A stretch of 32,000 nucleotides of DNA from Desulfocapsa sulfexigens DSM 10523 (GTDB taxonomy: Bacteria > Desulfobacterota > Desulfobulbia > Desulfobulbales > Desulfocapsaceae), in contig NC_020304.1 in assembly GCF_000341395.1 (NCBI RefSeq), positions 270,001 through 302,000 of the forward strand, written 5' to 3'. Position numbers and translations under genes: made by a program. The notes below the pieces were generated by a model. That model was not told the DNA's origin. It searched no databases and worked only from the letters and a program-made list of their open reading frames with translations. This document shows positions 9,448 through 19,119 of the stretch, one piece after another (the first letter of the stretch is position 1; every line of letters starts with the position of its first letter).

Positions 9448-10395
9448 TTATCGATCTACTGGAAAAACAGACATCCCCTTGGTTAGACTGCCTCCTGAAA
9501 CAGGGGCACAGTAGGATATTTTCTCTTTTGTACTTGTAACCTTGATGGTACCAGCGACCGTCATCTCAGAATCGAGAACCTCACCGGTATCAGGGTCAAC
9601 CAGTTCTTCCACTGAGCCAACATTAAACTGCCTGCCGACTTCCACACCTTCACGACTACCACGATTGATAACAATCTTGTCACCTTTCGCCAGAATAACA
9701 GAGCCTTCCCAGGGGATCCCCTCAAGCTGCTTGATAAGGAAGATAACAGCCTGACCGACGGCATCTTCGAGTGCCTTGCCCACATTATCTTTTTCAGCTC
9801 CGCCAAAGTTGCCACCCAAGCCGCCAAGTGCTCCACCGTGATACCCGACGGTAAAGCCCCTTTTGCCGGAAACACCAACAACGTCGGTGGATGCCTTCAC
9901 CTGTCCTGTTTCCGAATCAACCAGATATATGGTAACATTCATTTCAGCTTTTCCTGCAGAACCGCCAATACTAAAGCCCTGAAAACTTAAGCCACCGCCA
10001 CCACTTCCAGTGTCATCCTGAACGTGAGTGATGGAGCCACGCACAAGAAGTTGCGCGGGAGTCATTCGGCCGATCTTGGCAGTTTTCTTGCCCTGAGCTG
10101 TACGACCTGATGCAGCAAAATCCTGCTCTGCCATGGCAGCCTGTCTCATCTCGCCATCACCAAGCACTATAAACCATCCAGATTCGTGGAGAAGATTGGT
10201 CATAACAGTCTTCATGCCATCTCCGACACTCCAGCGACCATGCCACCCAGCTTCGTTCTTGAATTCTGTAACTGTGATAGAGTATCGTAGATTACCGGCA
10301 GGAGGTGCCGGAATAGTATTTTCCGCTGCTGCCCAGCTTAGAGGTAAAATAAGTACAACGATCAGAGTCAATCCAGCCAATATTGATTTCTTCAT
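9448..10395 (-). CDS. CsgG/HfaB-family periplasmic/outer-membrane protein (curli-secretion-channel-like)
   Basis: It has a signal peptide. The block SITVTEFKNEAG...GDGMKTVMTNLLHESGWFIVLGDGEMRQAAMAEQDFAASGRT matches the CsgG N-terminal pattern. No lipobox Cys is seen. Confidence 0.55.
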   Translation of the reverse strand: MKKSILAGLTLIVVLILPLSWAAAENTIPAPPAGNLRYSITVTEFKNEAGWHGRWSVGDGMKTVMTNLLHESGWFIVLGDGEMRQAAMAEQDFAASGRTAQGKKTAKIGRMTPAQLLVRGSITHVQDDTGSGGGGLSFQGFSIGGSAGKAEMNVTIYLVDSETGQVKASTDVVGVSGKRGFTVGYHGGALGGLGGNFGGAEKDNVGKALEDAVGQAVIFLIKQLEGIPWEGSVILAKGDKIVINRGSREGVEVGRQFNVGSVEELVDPDTGEVLDSEMTVAGTIKVTSTKEKISYCAPVSGGSLTKGMSVFPVDR

Positions 10396-10497
10396 CCAGT
10401 TCTCCTTTTTAAAAAGCTTCTTGATTGATACAACATACCGGAAACATATCGTAAAAACGCTTGGAAATCAAACACTTTATAGACATGGCAGAAGCGT

Positions 10498-11772
10498 TCA
10501 GCCAAGTTCACCAAAGCTTTCCCAGAAGGTTGGAAAGGATTTGGCGACACAATTCTCTCCTCGTATCTTGACACCAGGAACACGAAGTCCTGCTACGGCA
10601 AAACTCATGGCCATCCTATGATCGTTATAGGTTTCAATCTCAGCTCCGTGCAGGCATGCACCACCGTCGCCATGGATCACCATAAAATCATCACCCTCCT
10701 CAACTCTGGCTCCCATTTTTGTCAGTTCAGTCAGGGTGGCGGAGAGTCTGTCACACTCCTTGATGCGCAGATGAGCAATATTGGTAATGACAGTTTTGCC
10801 ATGGGCAAAGGCTGCAACCACTGCTAGTGTTGGTACCACATCCGGCATATTTCCCATGTCCACCGTAATACCGTCCAGATGGTCACGTCCTCTCAATGTA
10901 ATACCGCCACCGTCCAGACTTATCTCGCACCCCATCCTGGCAAGAAGCGGTGCCAGGTCAGCATCTCCCTGTAAAGAAGGCACCGGCACATTTGCCACGG
11001 TGACCCGCCCTCCTGTTATGGCTGCCGCAGCCCAGAAATATGATGCATTGGACGCATCCCCCTCAATTTCATATTCCATAGCCCGATAGCAGCCCTGGGG
11101 AATAGTGAAAGAGGTGAAAGCTTCATTACATTCAACACTCACGCCAAAATCGGACATCACCGACAGAGTCATGGCAACATAGGGTTTAGACAGTACCTCT
11201 CCATTCACTTCCAGAGTAGCTGGTTGCGCAGCATAGGGTGCAACAAGCAGCAGGGATGAAACATACTGACTTGACTTGCCTTCAGGAAGAATTGTTGCTC
11301 CACCTGTTATTCCCTTACTCTTGAGGTGCAGCGGGGGACATCCTGTCCCGTTCACAGATGCAATATCAACGCCCCAGCCCTGCAAAGCCTCCATAAGCGG
11401 CCCGATCGGTCGTTCCTGCATGCGTTCTTCACCGTCAATCCGGAAATCACCCTGGCCAAGCGCTGTAACCGAAGTGAGAAAACGAGTGGCGGTTCCATTA
11501 TTTCCTAGAAAGATATCTTCTTCAGGAGTTACAAGTTTTCCACCACTGCCGTGAACAACCCAGGAATTCTCACCCCTCTCGACTAAAATCCCCATCTGTT
11601 CAAGAGCTTTCGACGTATAGCTTGTATCTTCACTTGCAAGGGGCCCGATAAGTTTACTTGTTCCATCTGCAAGGGCAGCTGCAATCAAAGCACGTTGAGT
11701 CAGACTTTTTGATCCTGGCACAACAACGGTGGCATCAACTTTAGACACTGGTTTTATTTCTATCATATTCAA
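10498..11772 (-). CDS. aroA: 3-phosphoshikimate 1-carboxyvinyltransferase (EPSP synthase)
   Basis: VVVPGSKSLTQRALIAAALADG, LGNNGTATRFL, and RIKECDRL...DHRMAMSFAV are canonical AroA motifs. Confidence 0.93.
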   Translation of the reverse strand: MNMIEIKPVSKVDATVVVPGSKSLTQRALIAAALADGTSKLIGPLASEDTSYTSKALEQMGILVERGENSWVVHGSGGKLVTPEEDIFLGNNGTATRFLTSVTALGQGDFRIDGEERMQERPIGPLMEALQGWGVDIASVNGTGCPPLHLKSKGITGGATILPEGKSSQYVSSLLLVAPYAAQPATLEVNGEVLSKPYVAMTLSVMSDFGVSVECNEAFTSFTIPQGCYRAMEYEIEGDASNASYFWAAAAITGGRVTVANVPVPSLQGDADLAPLLARMGCEISLDGGGITLRGRDHLDGITVDMGNMPDVVPTLAVVAAFAHGKTVITNIAHLRIKECDRLSATLTELTKMGARVEEGDDFMVIHGDGGACLHGAEIETYNDHRMAMSFAVAGLRVPGVKIRGENCVAKSFPTFWESFGELG

Positions 11773-11908
11773 TCACTAGTAATTTCAATTTTCTTTTTTT
11801 TAAAACACTTAACAACTGGAACTGATTGAGCATTGTGGGTGTTTAGCACTCAACAATCCACCGCGAAGCGAGGACATTTGGTGATACAACCCACAAGAGG
11901 ATCGCCCA

Positions 11909-12730
11909 TTATTTTTTCCGAGCAAGAACTTCCACAAGTGCTTTACGCATAACTGAAACAGGAGCATCCTTTCCCGTCCAGATCTCGAATTGCGCGACAC
12001 CCTGGTACAAAAGCATCTCAAGCCCATTGATTATTTTACAACCACCCGCTTCCGCTTCCCTGAGCAACCGGGTCTTCATGGGAGCATACACAATATCCAT
12101 TACTACCTGAAATTGGGAGGTAACCTCTTCAGAAACAGGAGTATTTTCTATCTGGGGAACCATCCCAACAGATGTGGCATTGATTAAAACGTCCCCACGC
12201 AACCTATCGCTTTCCTCAAGGGAAATCCAGGGACAGTGCAATTCATCGGCTAATCTGCGACCACGTGACTCAGTACGACTACAAAGAGTTATGGACGCAC
12301 CCTTTTCCAATAACCCAAAACCAATGGCCCGCGCTGAACCACCGGCACCAAGGATCACAGCGTGTGCACCACTCAGATCAATTTCTTCTTCTAAAGCACG
12401 GGTTGCTCCCAGCCAATCCGTATTCAGTCCAGTGAGTACTTTTTCCGTATTCACAATGGTATTTACTGCACCAATTTTAACGGCAACTGGATCAACAGTA
12501 TCAAGCAGAGCCATAACGCTCTCTTTATGAGGAATGGTAACGCTGAGTCCCTGTATCCCGAGACCACGTATACCGGTAACCGCAGCGGCGATATCAGATG
12601 CCGGAAAGGGAAGATACACCGCATCAATACCCAATGCTGCCAGGGCGGCATTGTGCATGGCAGGACTCAATGAATGAGTCACCGGATTTCCAATTATGCC
12701 ATACAAAACTGTTGTACCACTAATAGCCAT
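11909..12730 (-). CDS. aroE: Shikimate dehydrogenase
   Basis: YGIIGNPVTHSLSPAMHNAA, SVTIPHKE, NTDWLG, and the Rossmann motif ILGAGGSARA. Confidence 0.9.
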   Translation of the reverse strand: MAISGTTVLYGIIGNPVTHSLSPAMHNAALAALGIDAVYLPFPASDIAAAVTGIRGLGIQGLSVTIPHKESVMALLDTVDPVAVKIGAVNTIVNTEKVLTGLNTDWLGATRALEEEIDLSGAHAVILGAGGSARAIGFGLLEKGASITLCSRTESRGRRLADELHCPWISLEESDRLRGDVLINATSVGMVPQIENTPVSEEVTSQFQVVMDIVYAPMKTRLLREAEAGGCKIINGLEMLLYQGVAQFEIWTGKDAPVSVMRKALVEVLARKK

Positions 12731-12733
12731 GCA

Positions 12734-13423
12734 CTAGACTCTCATCAAGAAATGAATTTCACGCAAACTTCCGACGGACAACTGTCCAGGGGCCGTGGCC
12801 TCATCATCACTCACCGAACAGTAGGTCATATATCCGCCGAGCTCACAGGTAGCCACACGGCTCACCACTCCCGGGCGTCCCATGCAAAAGGCAATCAACG
12901 GGAAACCGAGCTGTTCTGCCACTTCCTGGAGCTGCAGAACCCGTAATACATCTCGATGCGAATGAGCCGTTGTAATAATTTTTCCGATATCAGCTCCCTT
13001 ATCCTGCATCAGAGCCATGCGTCCAACCAATTCTTCACGCGTTGGAGTATCTTTAAAATTATGCCAGGAAAGAATAAGCTTCGTCCTACTCTCCTGCAGA
13101 GCCATACGCATCCTCTGGTGAGAATCATCGGGGGCAAGAAGTTCCAGATCAACGTATCCGCAATTTTCCGTAACGGCCTCAAGCAATGGTCCTATTCGCT
13201 GCTCTTCTTTTCCTACAAATTCCCCACCTTCCCAATCCGGTCTATTCGTAAAAAGAAGAGGTGTCCGCAGGGTATTGACAAAGGGGGACACAGCTGGCGT
13301 GTGCAAAAAATCAAGTCGAATTTCAAGAACATCGGCCTGGGCAGCGACGGAGTCTGCGATGGCCAGAGCATCATCGATACTGGAGCGACCGATGGAGACA
13401 CATATACGGGAGTGAGATTTCAT
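12734..13423 (-). CDS. aroD: Type I 3-dehydroquinate dehydratase
   Basis: 229 aa ending 3 nt upstream of aroE. ICVSIG...DVLEIRLDFL, ILSWHNF and ADIGKIITTA follow the type I DHQase pattern. Confidence 0.8.
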   Translation of the reverse strand: MKSHSRICVSIGRSSIDDALAIADSVAAQADVLEIRLDFLHTPAVSPFVNTLRTPLLFTNRPDWEGGEFVGKEEQRIGPLLEAVTENCGYVDLELLAPDDSHQRMRMALQESRTKLILSWHNFKDTPTREELVGRMALMQDKGADIGKIITTAHSHRDVLRVLQLQEVAEQLGFPLIAFCMGRPGVVSRVATCELGGYMTYCSVSDDEATAPGQLSVGSLREIHFLMRV

Positions 13424-13429
13424 AAGCCC

Positions 13430-13684
13430 CTATTTTGTTTTCTTTTCAGCGATTTTTATAGCCCAGGCCACAAGAAGAGAGACTACTGTGAGATCATCAA
13501 GCAAGCCAAAGCCCACAATCCAGTCTGGAACAAGATCAAAGGGAGAGAGAATATAGAGAATTGCAAAAGCCAGAATAGCCTTCACCTTCCATGGTGTATC
13601 ACGTCTAAAAAGAAGACGCGCCCATGACTGAATCCTGCCCCATAACGGTAACTGACCTGGGCTGTTTTTCGGTGACGAAGTCAT
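13430..13684 (-). CDS. DUF1232 (YkvA-like) small membrane protein
   Basis: ILYILSPFDLVPDWIVGFGLLDDLTVV is the characteristic DUF1232 motif. Confidence 0.7.
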   Translation of the reverse strand: MTSSPKNSPGQLPLWGRIQSWARLLFRRDTPWKVKAILAFAILYILSPFDLVPDWIVGFGLLDDLTVVSLLVAWAIKIAEKKTK

Positions 13685-13686
13685 GA

Positions 13687-14619
13687 TCAGGGAAGAATAA
13701 GCCCTCCAATCAACTCTCTTACGGATCCGAGTTTCTGTTCAGCAACGTAATGAGCCAGCCCCTCGACGGCATCCTCACTGGCCCGTGGATTGACAAAATT
13801 AGCTGTACCGATTTGAACCGCTGTAGCCCCTGCGAGCATAAACTCAACAACATCCTCGGCAGTTTCAATACCTCCGATGCCAATGACCGGAATAGAGACA
13901 GCCTGTGCCACCTGATAAACCATTCGCAGAGCAACGGGTTTTATTGCAGGACCAGACAAGCCTCCTATTACGTTGGCGAGACGGGGACGTCTGCTGCGAG
14001 AATCAATTGCCATACCAATCAGGGTGTTAATAAGGGAAACCGCATCAGCTCCGGCATCCTCAACGGAACGGGCAATAGCACTAATATCAGTAACATTTGG
14101 AGAAAGCTTCACAACAACGGGAACAGTTGATTCGGCTTTCACTGCACTGGTAACGGCAGCAGCCATCTCCGGAACCGTTCCAAAGGCTACACCACCTTTT
14201 TTCACATTCGGACATGAAATATTCACCTCAATACCAGAAACTCCCTGAACCCCTGCAAGACGAGCGGCTATCTCTTTGTACTCATCAAGCGTATCGCCAA
14301 GAATGTTAACAAAGACAGGAACAGGAATACCCTGCAACGATGCCATTTTGTCAGAGATAAAACGTTCAACACCAACGTTTTCAAGTCCAATGGCATTCAA
14401 CATCCCAGCGGATGTTTCAACAATTCTCGGTGGCGGGTTACCGGATCGCGGCTCAAGAGAAATTCCCTTTACTACCACAGCCCCCAGACGATGAAGATTA
14501 ACGTAGGGCATGAACTCTCTGGCATAGCCAAATGTTCCCGATGCGGTCATTACAGGATTTCTAAGACTGAGCGTTCCGATGGAGACCCTCAGGTCAACAC
14601 CGTTTACTTGACTTGCCAT
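13687..14619 (-). CDS. pyrD: Dihydroorotate dehydrogenase, class 1B catalytic subunit
   Basis: NPVMTASGTFGY, GAVVVKGISLEPRSGNPPPR, NISCPNVKKGG, and GIGGIETAEDVVEFMLAGATAVQIGTANF. Confidence 0.9.
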   Translation of the reverse strand: MASQVNGVDLRVSIGTLSLRNPVMTASGTFGYAREFMPYVNLHRLGAVVVKGISLEPRSGNPPPRIVETSAGMLNAIGLENVGVERFISDKMASLQGIPVPVFVNILGDTLDEYKEIAARLAGVQGVSGIEVNISCPNVKKGGVAFGTVPEMAAAVTSAVKAESTVPVVVKLSPNVTDISAIARSVEDAGADAVSLINTLIGMAIDSRSRRPRLANVIGGLSGPAIKPVALRMVYQVAQAVSIPVIGIGGIETAEDVVEFMLAGATAVQIGTANFVNPRASEDAVEGLAHYVAEQKLGSVRELIGGLILP

Positions 14620-15392
14620 AGTAGCTCCTTCGCGTCAAAAACAGGGCCATCACAGCAGGCATGTGCGTAACCACCCCTTTCCACAGGCACAATGCATCCA
14701 AGGCACGCTCCCATTCCACACGCCATGCTAGTCTCCATGGACACCTGACAAGCATACCCTCTATCCTTACACAAGAGATGAACCGCAGCCATCATGGGAT
14801 GAGGCCCACAAACGTAAGCCTGGCAGTTAGGTCCTAAATCAAGACCTTTCAAGACATCGGTAACCAGGCCATGATGCCCTAATGTCCCATCATCCGTTGC
14901 GGAATGGACAGACAGACCAAGTTCGTTGAAATCATTAACAAGTGGATCAAGTTCCTCACGGGTTCTGGCGCCTAAAATAACGAGGGGAGGATTACTGGTG
15001 CATTTACGTGACAAATATTTTCCGAGAAAAAGGAGCGGCGCAATGCCCATACCGCCACCAACCAGGCAATGGGTACGCTGGCAGTCCACTCTAAAACCTT
15101 GACCGAGAGGACCTAGAATAGAAAGGTATTCTCCCTCACGACAGTGAGCGAGCAGTGAAGTCCCTCTTCCAACCACCTTAAAAAGAATCTGAAAATGTTT
15201 TCCATTACTGGTCTGTGAGATAGAGAAGGGTCGACGGAGCAAGGGATCGTTGCTATTACCGGTTCGGACCATGACAAATTGTCCAGGTTGGGCAAGGGAG
15301 GTAATATCAGGGGAGTCCAGTGTCAAGCGGACAATATCTGAAGCGAAACGCTCAATGCGAATAATCTGTGTTTTTTCCTGGAATTGAGACAT
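14604..15392 (-). CDS. pyrK: Dihydroorotate dehydrogenase electron-transfer subunit (FAD/[2Fe-2S])
   Basis: The FNR-like fold block is RRPFSIS, with GPLG nearby. The C-terminal cluster motif is CGMGACLGCIV...CCDGPVF. It overlaps pyrD by 16 nt. Confidence 0.85.
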   Translation of the reverse strand: MSQFQEKTQIIRIERFASDIVRLTLDSPDITSLAQPGQFVMVRTGNSNDPLLRRPFSISQTSNGKHFQILFKVVGRGTSLLAHCREGEYLSILGPLGQGFRVDCQRTHCLVGGGMGIAPLLFLGKYLSRKCTSNPPLVILGARTREELDPLVNDFNELGLSVHSATDDGTLGHHGLVTDVLKGLDLGPNCQAYVCGPHPMMAAVHLLCKDRGYACQVSMETSMACGMGACLGCIVPVERGGYAHACCDGPVFDAKELLWQVK

Positions 15393-15459
15393 GGTTAGGG
15401 CTAGTATTTATAGTAATCTAAATGACCAATCAGCAAAATTCAATTACCGATCACATTCT

Positions 15460-16248
15460 ATGGATATTATGCTCTTCGTTCTTATCACAGCCTTCTCCTT
15501 CGGGGCAATTGTCGGAAGCTTCCTGAACGTCGTTATTCTTCGTCTGCCAAATGAAGGGGAATCAATCGTATTTCCAGCTTCACACTGTACCAGTTGCATG
15601 ACGAATCTTCGCTGGTATGAAAATATCCCAATATTGAGTTTCCTGGCACTTCGCGGCAGATGCAGCCACTGCCGTGAAAAAATTTCATTTCAATATCCTG
15701 TAGTTGAAATGAGCATGGCACTGCTCTCAACAGCCACCGTATACCAGTTCGGACTCAGTATCGCAACTATCGGCTATTTTATATTTAGCGCAGCACTACT
15801 TGTCATTATCTGGATCGATATTTACCACCAGATTATCCCTGACCTTATCTCCCTGCCAGGAATCGTCCTCGGTTTTCTCTTTTCATTGGTCAGCCCCGTC
15901 CTATCCTGGCAGGATTCACTCATCGGCATACTTACCGGTGGTGGAATTCTTTATATCATTGCCTTTCTCTATTTTCTATGGCGCAGAGTAGATGGTATGG
16001 GTGGGGGAGATATCAAACTGCTTGCCATGATTGGTGCCTTTCTTGGCTGGCAGTCTCTGCCTTTTGTAATTTTTGCAAGTTCACTCACTGGTACAGTAGT
16101 TGGCCTGGGAGCCATGATCAAACAGAAAAAAGGTGCCCAGACACGGATACCTTTCGGTCCATTCCTCTCCGTTGCGGCCCTTACTTACTTATTCTTCCAG
16201 CAAGAAATTATTCTGTTATATGAACTCTATGTAAACATGGCTTATTAG
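15460..16248 (+). CDS. pilD: Type IV prepilin peptidase / N-methyltransferase (A24, PilD-type)
   Basis: The ATG at 15460 gives MDIMLFVLITAFSFGAIVGSFLNVVILRLP. The Cys pairs CTSC...CSHC mark a PilD-type N-domain, and the aspartyl-protease block is GMGGGDIKLLAMIGAFLGW. The track start at 15391 adds 23 non-conserved residues. Confidence 0.85.
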   Translation: MDIMLFVLITAFSFGAIVGSFLNVVILRLPNEGESIVFPASHCTSCMTNLRWYENIPILSFLALRGRCSHCREKISFQYPVVEMSMALLSTATVYQFGLSIATIGYFIFSAALLVIIWIDIYHQIIPDLISLPGIVLGFLFSLVSPVLSWQDSLIGILTGGGILYIIAFLYFLWRRVDGMGGGDIKLLAMIGAFLGWQSLPFVIFASSLTGTVVGLGAMIKQKKGAQTRIPFGPFLSVAALTYLFFQQEIILLYELYVNMAY

Positions 16249-16293
16249 TATCTTAGAAAGAAAGCCAATATAAAAGCAATTTATAGAGTATTA

Positions 16294-16983
16294 CTATATT
16301 TTTTCTGTTGGCACTGGTGTTTCAAAGTGCAGATCAGATGGATTTATTCCTGAATTCAGATCATTTCCCAGTTTTTTCCCTAGCTCCTGTGCACTCGCAA
16401 ACTGTTTTCTACTATGTCCATACTTTGGATAATATTTGCGAAACCAGCCTTTACCACGTTCAGGCATCTTTCCGGCAAGTTTCAAAAAGACTCCGATGGT
16501 ATTCCACGGCTCAGACGTTGGATGTTTAAAGACTATGGGATTAACAACAGTTTTTGCTCCGCATTTCCTTAACAGCGAGCGCAGTCCCCAAAAATGAACG
16601 CGCCAATAGCCACGGCACGAGATCATTGGCAGCACTTCCTGATTGGCAAACAACTTTTCACCGTAAAGATCTAAAAATGAGAGGATAATTCCTGAGGGAT
16701 TATAGGACCAGGTTGGCCCTGCAATAATAATCAAATCCCAGTCAATAAAAATTTTTGAATCAACAGGTTGTACTGGATAACGCTTGCGTAAAAAAGTCTG
16801 AAACATCATAAGAACTGTGGCAGGAATTGTACCAATGGGAAAACGTAATTCCTGTACTGGAACCAGTCTCTCCCATGTAACTTCAATTTCACATTTTTCC
16901 AGTCCTCTAATCAGTTTTTTGAGCAGATTCCGTGTCTGATGGCTGTAGGAGTAGGAAACTATGAGTATTCTTTTTTGTGACAC
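16294..16983 (-). CDS. Flavodoxin-fold protein of unknown function
   Basis: The N-terminal KRILIVSYSYSHQTRNL is a flavodoxin-like beta1 loop, and DLIIIAGPTWSYNPS is a second strand-loop. The family assignment is tentative. Confidence 0.4.
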   Translation of the reverse strand: MSQKRILIVSYSYSHQTRNLLKKLIRGLEKCEIEVTWERLVPVQELRFPIGTIPATVLMMFQTFLRKRYPVQPVDSKIFIDWDLIIIAGPTWSYNPSGIILSFLDLYGEKLFANQEVLPMISCRGYWRVHFWGLRSLLRKCGAKTVVNPIVFKHPTSEPWNTIGVFLKLAGKMPERGKGWFRKYYPKYGHSRKQFASAQELGKKLGNDLNSGINPSDLHFETPVPTEKI

Positions 16984-17046
16984 AAGCTATCCTTTAGTAT
17001 CAATTTTCTAACATATTGCCTGCAATCACTATACCGTACAAAAGTG

Positions 17047-17077
17047 CAAAAAAAAAGCCCCCGATTACTCGGGGGCT
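17047..17077 (-). terminator. Rho-independent terminator of the dsrMKJOP operon
   Basis: Read on the minus strand, AGCCCCCG-AGTAAT-CGGGGGCT (17077-17056) is followed by a T9 tract, the complement of A9 at 17048-17056. It lies 32 nt downstream of the dsrP stop. Confidence 0.7.
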
Positions 17078-17108
17078 CGAAAAGCTGTCAAATAAAAGTA
17101 GCTGTTTA

Positions 17109-18278
17109 CTACCCTTCTACTTCATGTTCAACACCAATTGCGATTTTATAGAGAAGGGTAACTACCATAAAACCCGTCGCCCATACACCAATGGTGATTC
17201 CAAGCTCATTGGCTGTGGGAATATACTCGGTGATCTCATGAAGACCATTGGGTACAAAACCGGCAAGGACGAAACCGATGCCCTTATCGAGCCAGAAGGC
17301 GAGGAACAAGGCTGCACAGCCCATCCCAAGAACAAAATCATTCTTTTTAGCCGCCGGGGTAGCAAGCACTGCAATGGATCCAAAGGCCAGTATTACAAAG
17401 GCCCACATGAACGGAACCAGATTATTGTAGACATGACCATGATGCTCAAGACCAAAGAAAAGATACTCAAGCGAGTGCTTGTGACCGGGAATATTGGAAT
17501 AATAACCAACAAAGAATTCAAGACCGACAAAGAACATATTCAGCAGTGCTGCATAAATAATAATGGTTATAAGCTTGTTCATCGCCTTGCGTCCTGCATC
17601 AAATCCTGCAACACGCTTCAGAACAAGACAGGCAACAACGATAAGAGCCGGTCCTGCAGCAAAAGCTGATGCAAGAAAACGGGGTGCAATGATAGCGGAG
17701 AGCCAGAAATGACGTCCTGGCAGACCGCAGTAGAGCATAGCCGTAACCGTATGGATGGAGATAGCAAAGGGGATGGACAGGTAGACAAAGAAATAAATCC
17801 ACTTGGGAGGTTTTACCTGCTTCTTCTCAGCAGTAAGAATAACCCAGCCGCAGAGAACATTCAGGAACAGATACCCGTTTAACACGATTGCATCGTAGAA
17901 AAGCATGGAATTAGGGGTTGGATGGAGAACAACGTTCAAGGCACGCATTGGCTGGCCGAGATCCGCCATGATAAACAGGAGACACATGACGATGGCGCCA
18001 ATCGCCAGGAACTCACCCAAAATCGTAATTCGTCCAAATTCTTTATAATTATGAATATAATAAGGAAGCACCAGCATAACACCTCCAGCCGCAACTCCAA
18101 CCAGGAAGGTAAACTGGGAAATATAGAGCCCCCATGAGACATCACGGCTCATCCCGGTCATGCCCAGACCAAAATTGTACTGTCTGACATAACAGGCAGC
18201 ACCAATAGCCATGAACATTCCTAAAAATGCAAGCCAGATCCAGTAGGCCGGTTTGCCTTTGAGTGTTTTTTCAATCAT
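17109..18278 (-). CDS. dsrP: DsrP, NrfD/PsrC-family integral membrane quinone-interacting subunit
   Basis: 389 aa and about 10 TM helices, with an NrfD-type N-terminus (GKPAYWIWLAFLG...SRDVSWGLYISQFTFLVGVAAG). It occupies the last position of the M-K-J-O-P order. Confidence 0.85.
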   Translation of the reverse strand: MIEKTLKGKPAYWIWLAFLGMFMAIGAACYVRQYNFGLGMTGMSRDVSWGLYISQFTFLVGVAAGGVMLVLPYYIHNYKEFGRITILGEFLAIGAIVMCLLFIMADLGQPMRALNVVLHPTPNSMLFYDAIVLNGYLFLNVLCGWVILTAEKKQVKPPKWIYFFVYLSIPFAISIHTVTAMLYCGLPGRHFWLSAIIAPRFLASAFAAGPALIVVACLVLKRVAGFDAGRKAMNKLITIIIYAALLNMFFVGLEFFVGYYSNIPGHKHSLEYLFFGLEHHGHVYNNLVPFMWAFVILAFGSIAVLATPAAKKNDFVLGMGCAALFLAFWLDKGIGFVLAGFVPNGLHEITEYIPTANELGITIGVWATGFMVVTLLYKIAIGVEHEVEG

Positions 18279-18285
18279 GACTACC

Positions 18286-19119
18286 TCACACTATGTAAAA
18301 GACTGATGGTTTAGTACCCAGCGTTGGCTTTCTCTGGATAGTAAATTCTTTATCAAGTACCGCTCGTATCTCGGACTTGGCATCGTTCAGGTCACCAAAG
18401 ACAATGGCGCCTGTTCCTTTGCAGGCCTCAACACAGGCCGGTTCCTGTCCAAGAGCAAGACGTTCACCACAGAAGTTACATTTTTCAACAACACCCTTCA
18501 TTCGTGACGGGAATTCTTTATTGTACTTCTTTATGTAAGGGCGTGGATCCTGCCAGTTAAATGACCTTGCACCATATGGACAAGCTGCCATACAGAAACG
18601 GCATCCGATGCAACGATGAAAATCCATTGCAACGATTCCGTTTTTTTCAAGCCTGAAGGTAGCCTGAGTTGGACATGCACGAACACATGGTGGATCATCA
18701 CAATGATTACAGAGTGCCACTGAAGGAAAATTTTTCACCTTGGCAGCAGAATGACTTGCAGAGTGATCAGTAAACACATTTTCAAATGGGGCCTTCCATA
18801 TCCATTTTACTTCATTTTTCTTATCAGGAAACTCTGGGATATTGTGCGCTGCTATACAGGCCGCAATGGCACTGTCAAGCATCTCGGGATTCTCATTCAT
18901 CTTGCGAAGATCAATGACCATTCCGAGCCGCACCCCTTGGGGTGCTTCTTCAGCATGACCGCCATGAGCATCAGGTGCAGGTGCATGTGCTGGCGCCTCA
19001 CCGTGTCCTGAAGCAAGTGCGGGAGTAGCAGCTGTCAGCTTTATAACCGCCGGTGCACCTATCCCTGCAAGTACTGACGCACCTGCTATTTTCAGAAATT
19101 TTCTTCTTTTATTATCCAT
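18286..19119 (-). CDS. dsrO: DsrO, periplasmic 4Fe-4S ferredoxin-like subunit (Tat-exported)
   Basis: The ATG at 19119-19117 overlaps the dsrJ stop (TAATG). It gives MDNKRRKFLKIAGASVLAG, a twin-arginine signal. The cluster motifs are CNHCDDPPCVRACP, CIGCRFCMAACP and CNFC...CVEAC. Confidence 0.85.
   Translation of the reverse strand: MDNKRRKFLKIAGASVLAGIGAPAVIKLTAATPALASGHGEAPAHAPAPDAHGGHAEEAPQGVRLGMVIDLRKMNENPEMLDSAIAACIAAHNIPEFPDKKNEVKWIWKAPFENVFTDHSASHSAAKVKNFPSVALCNHCDDPPCVRACPTQATFRLEKNGIVAMDFHRCIGCRFCMAACPYGARSFNWQDPRPYIKKYNKEFPSRMKGVVEKCNFCGERLALGQEPACVEACKGTGAIVFGDLNDAKSEIRAVLDKEFTIQRKPTLGTKPSVFYIV

Noticed and set aside
15391-15459. Track start at 15391 for the prepilin peptidase, sharing a CATG with the divergent pyrK start
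   Set aside because: The 23 extra residues are hydrophilic and unlike PilD N-termini. The conserved membrane N-terminus starts at the ATG at 15460.
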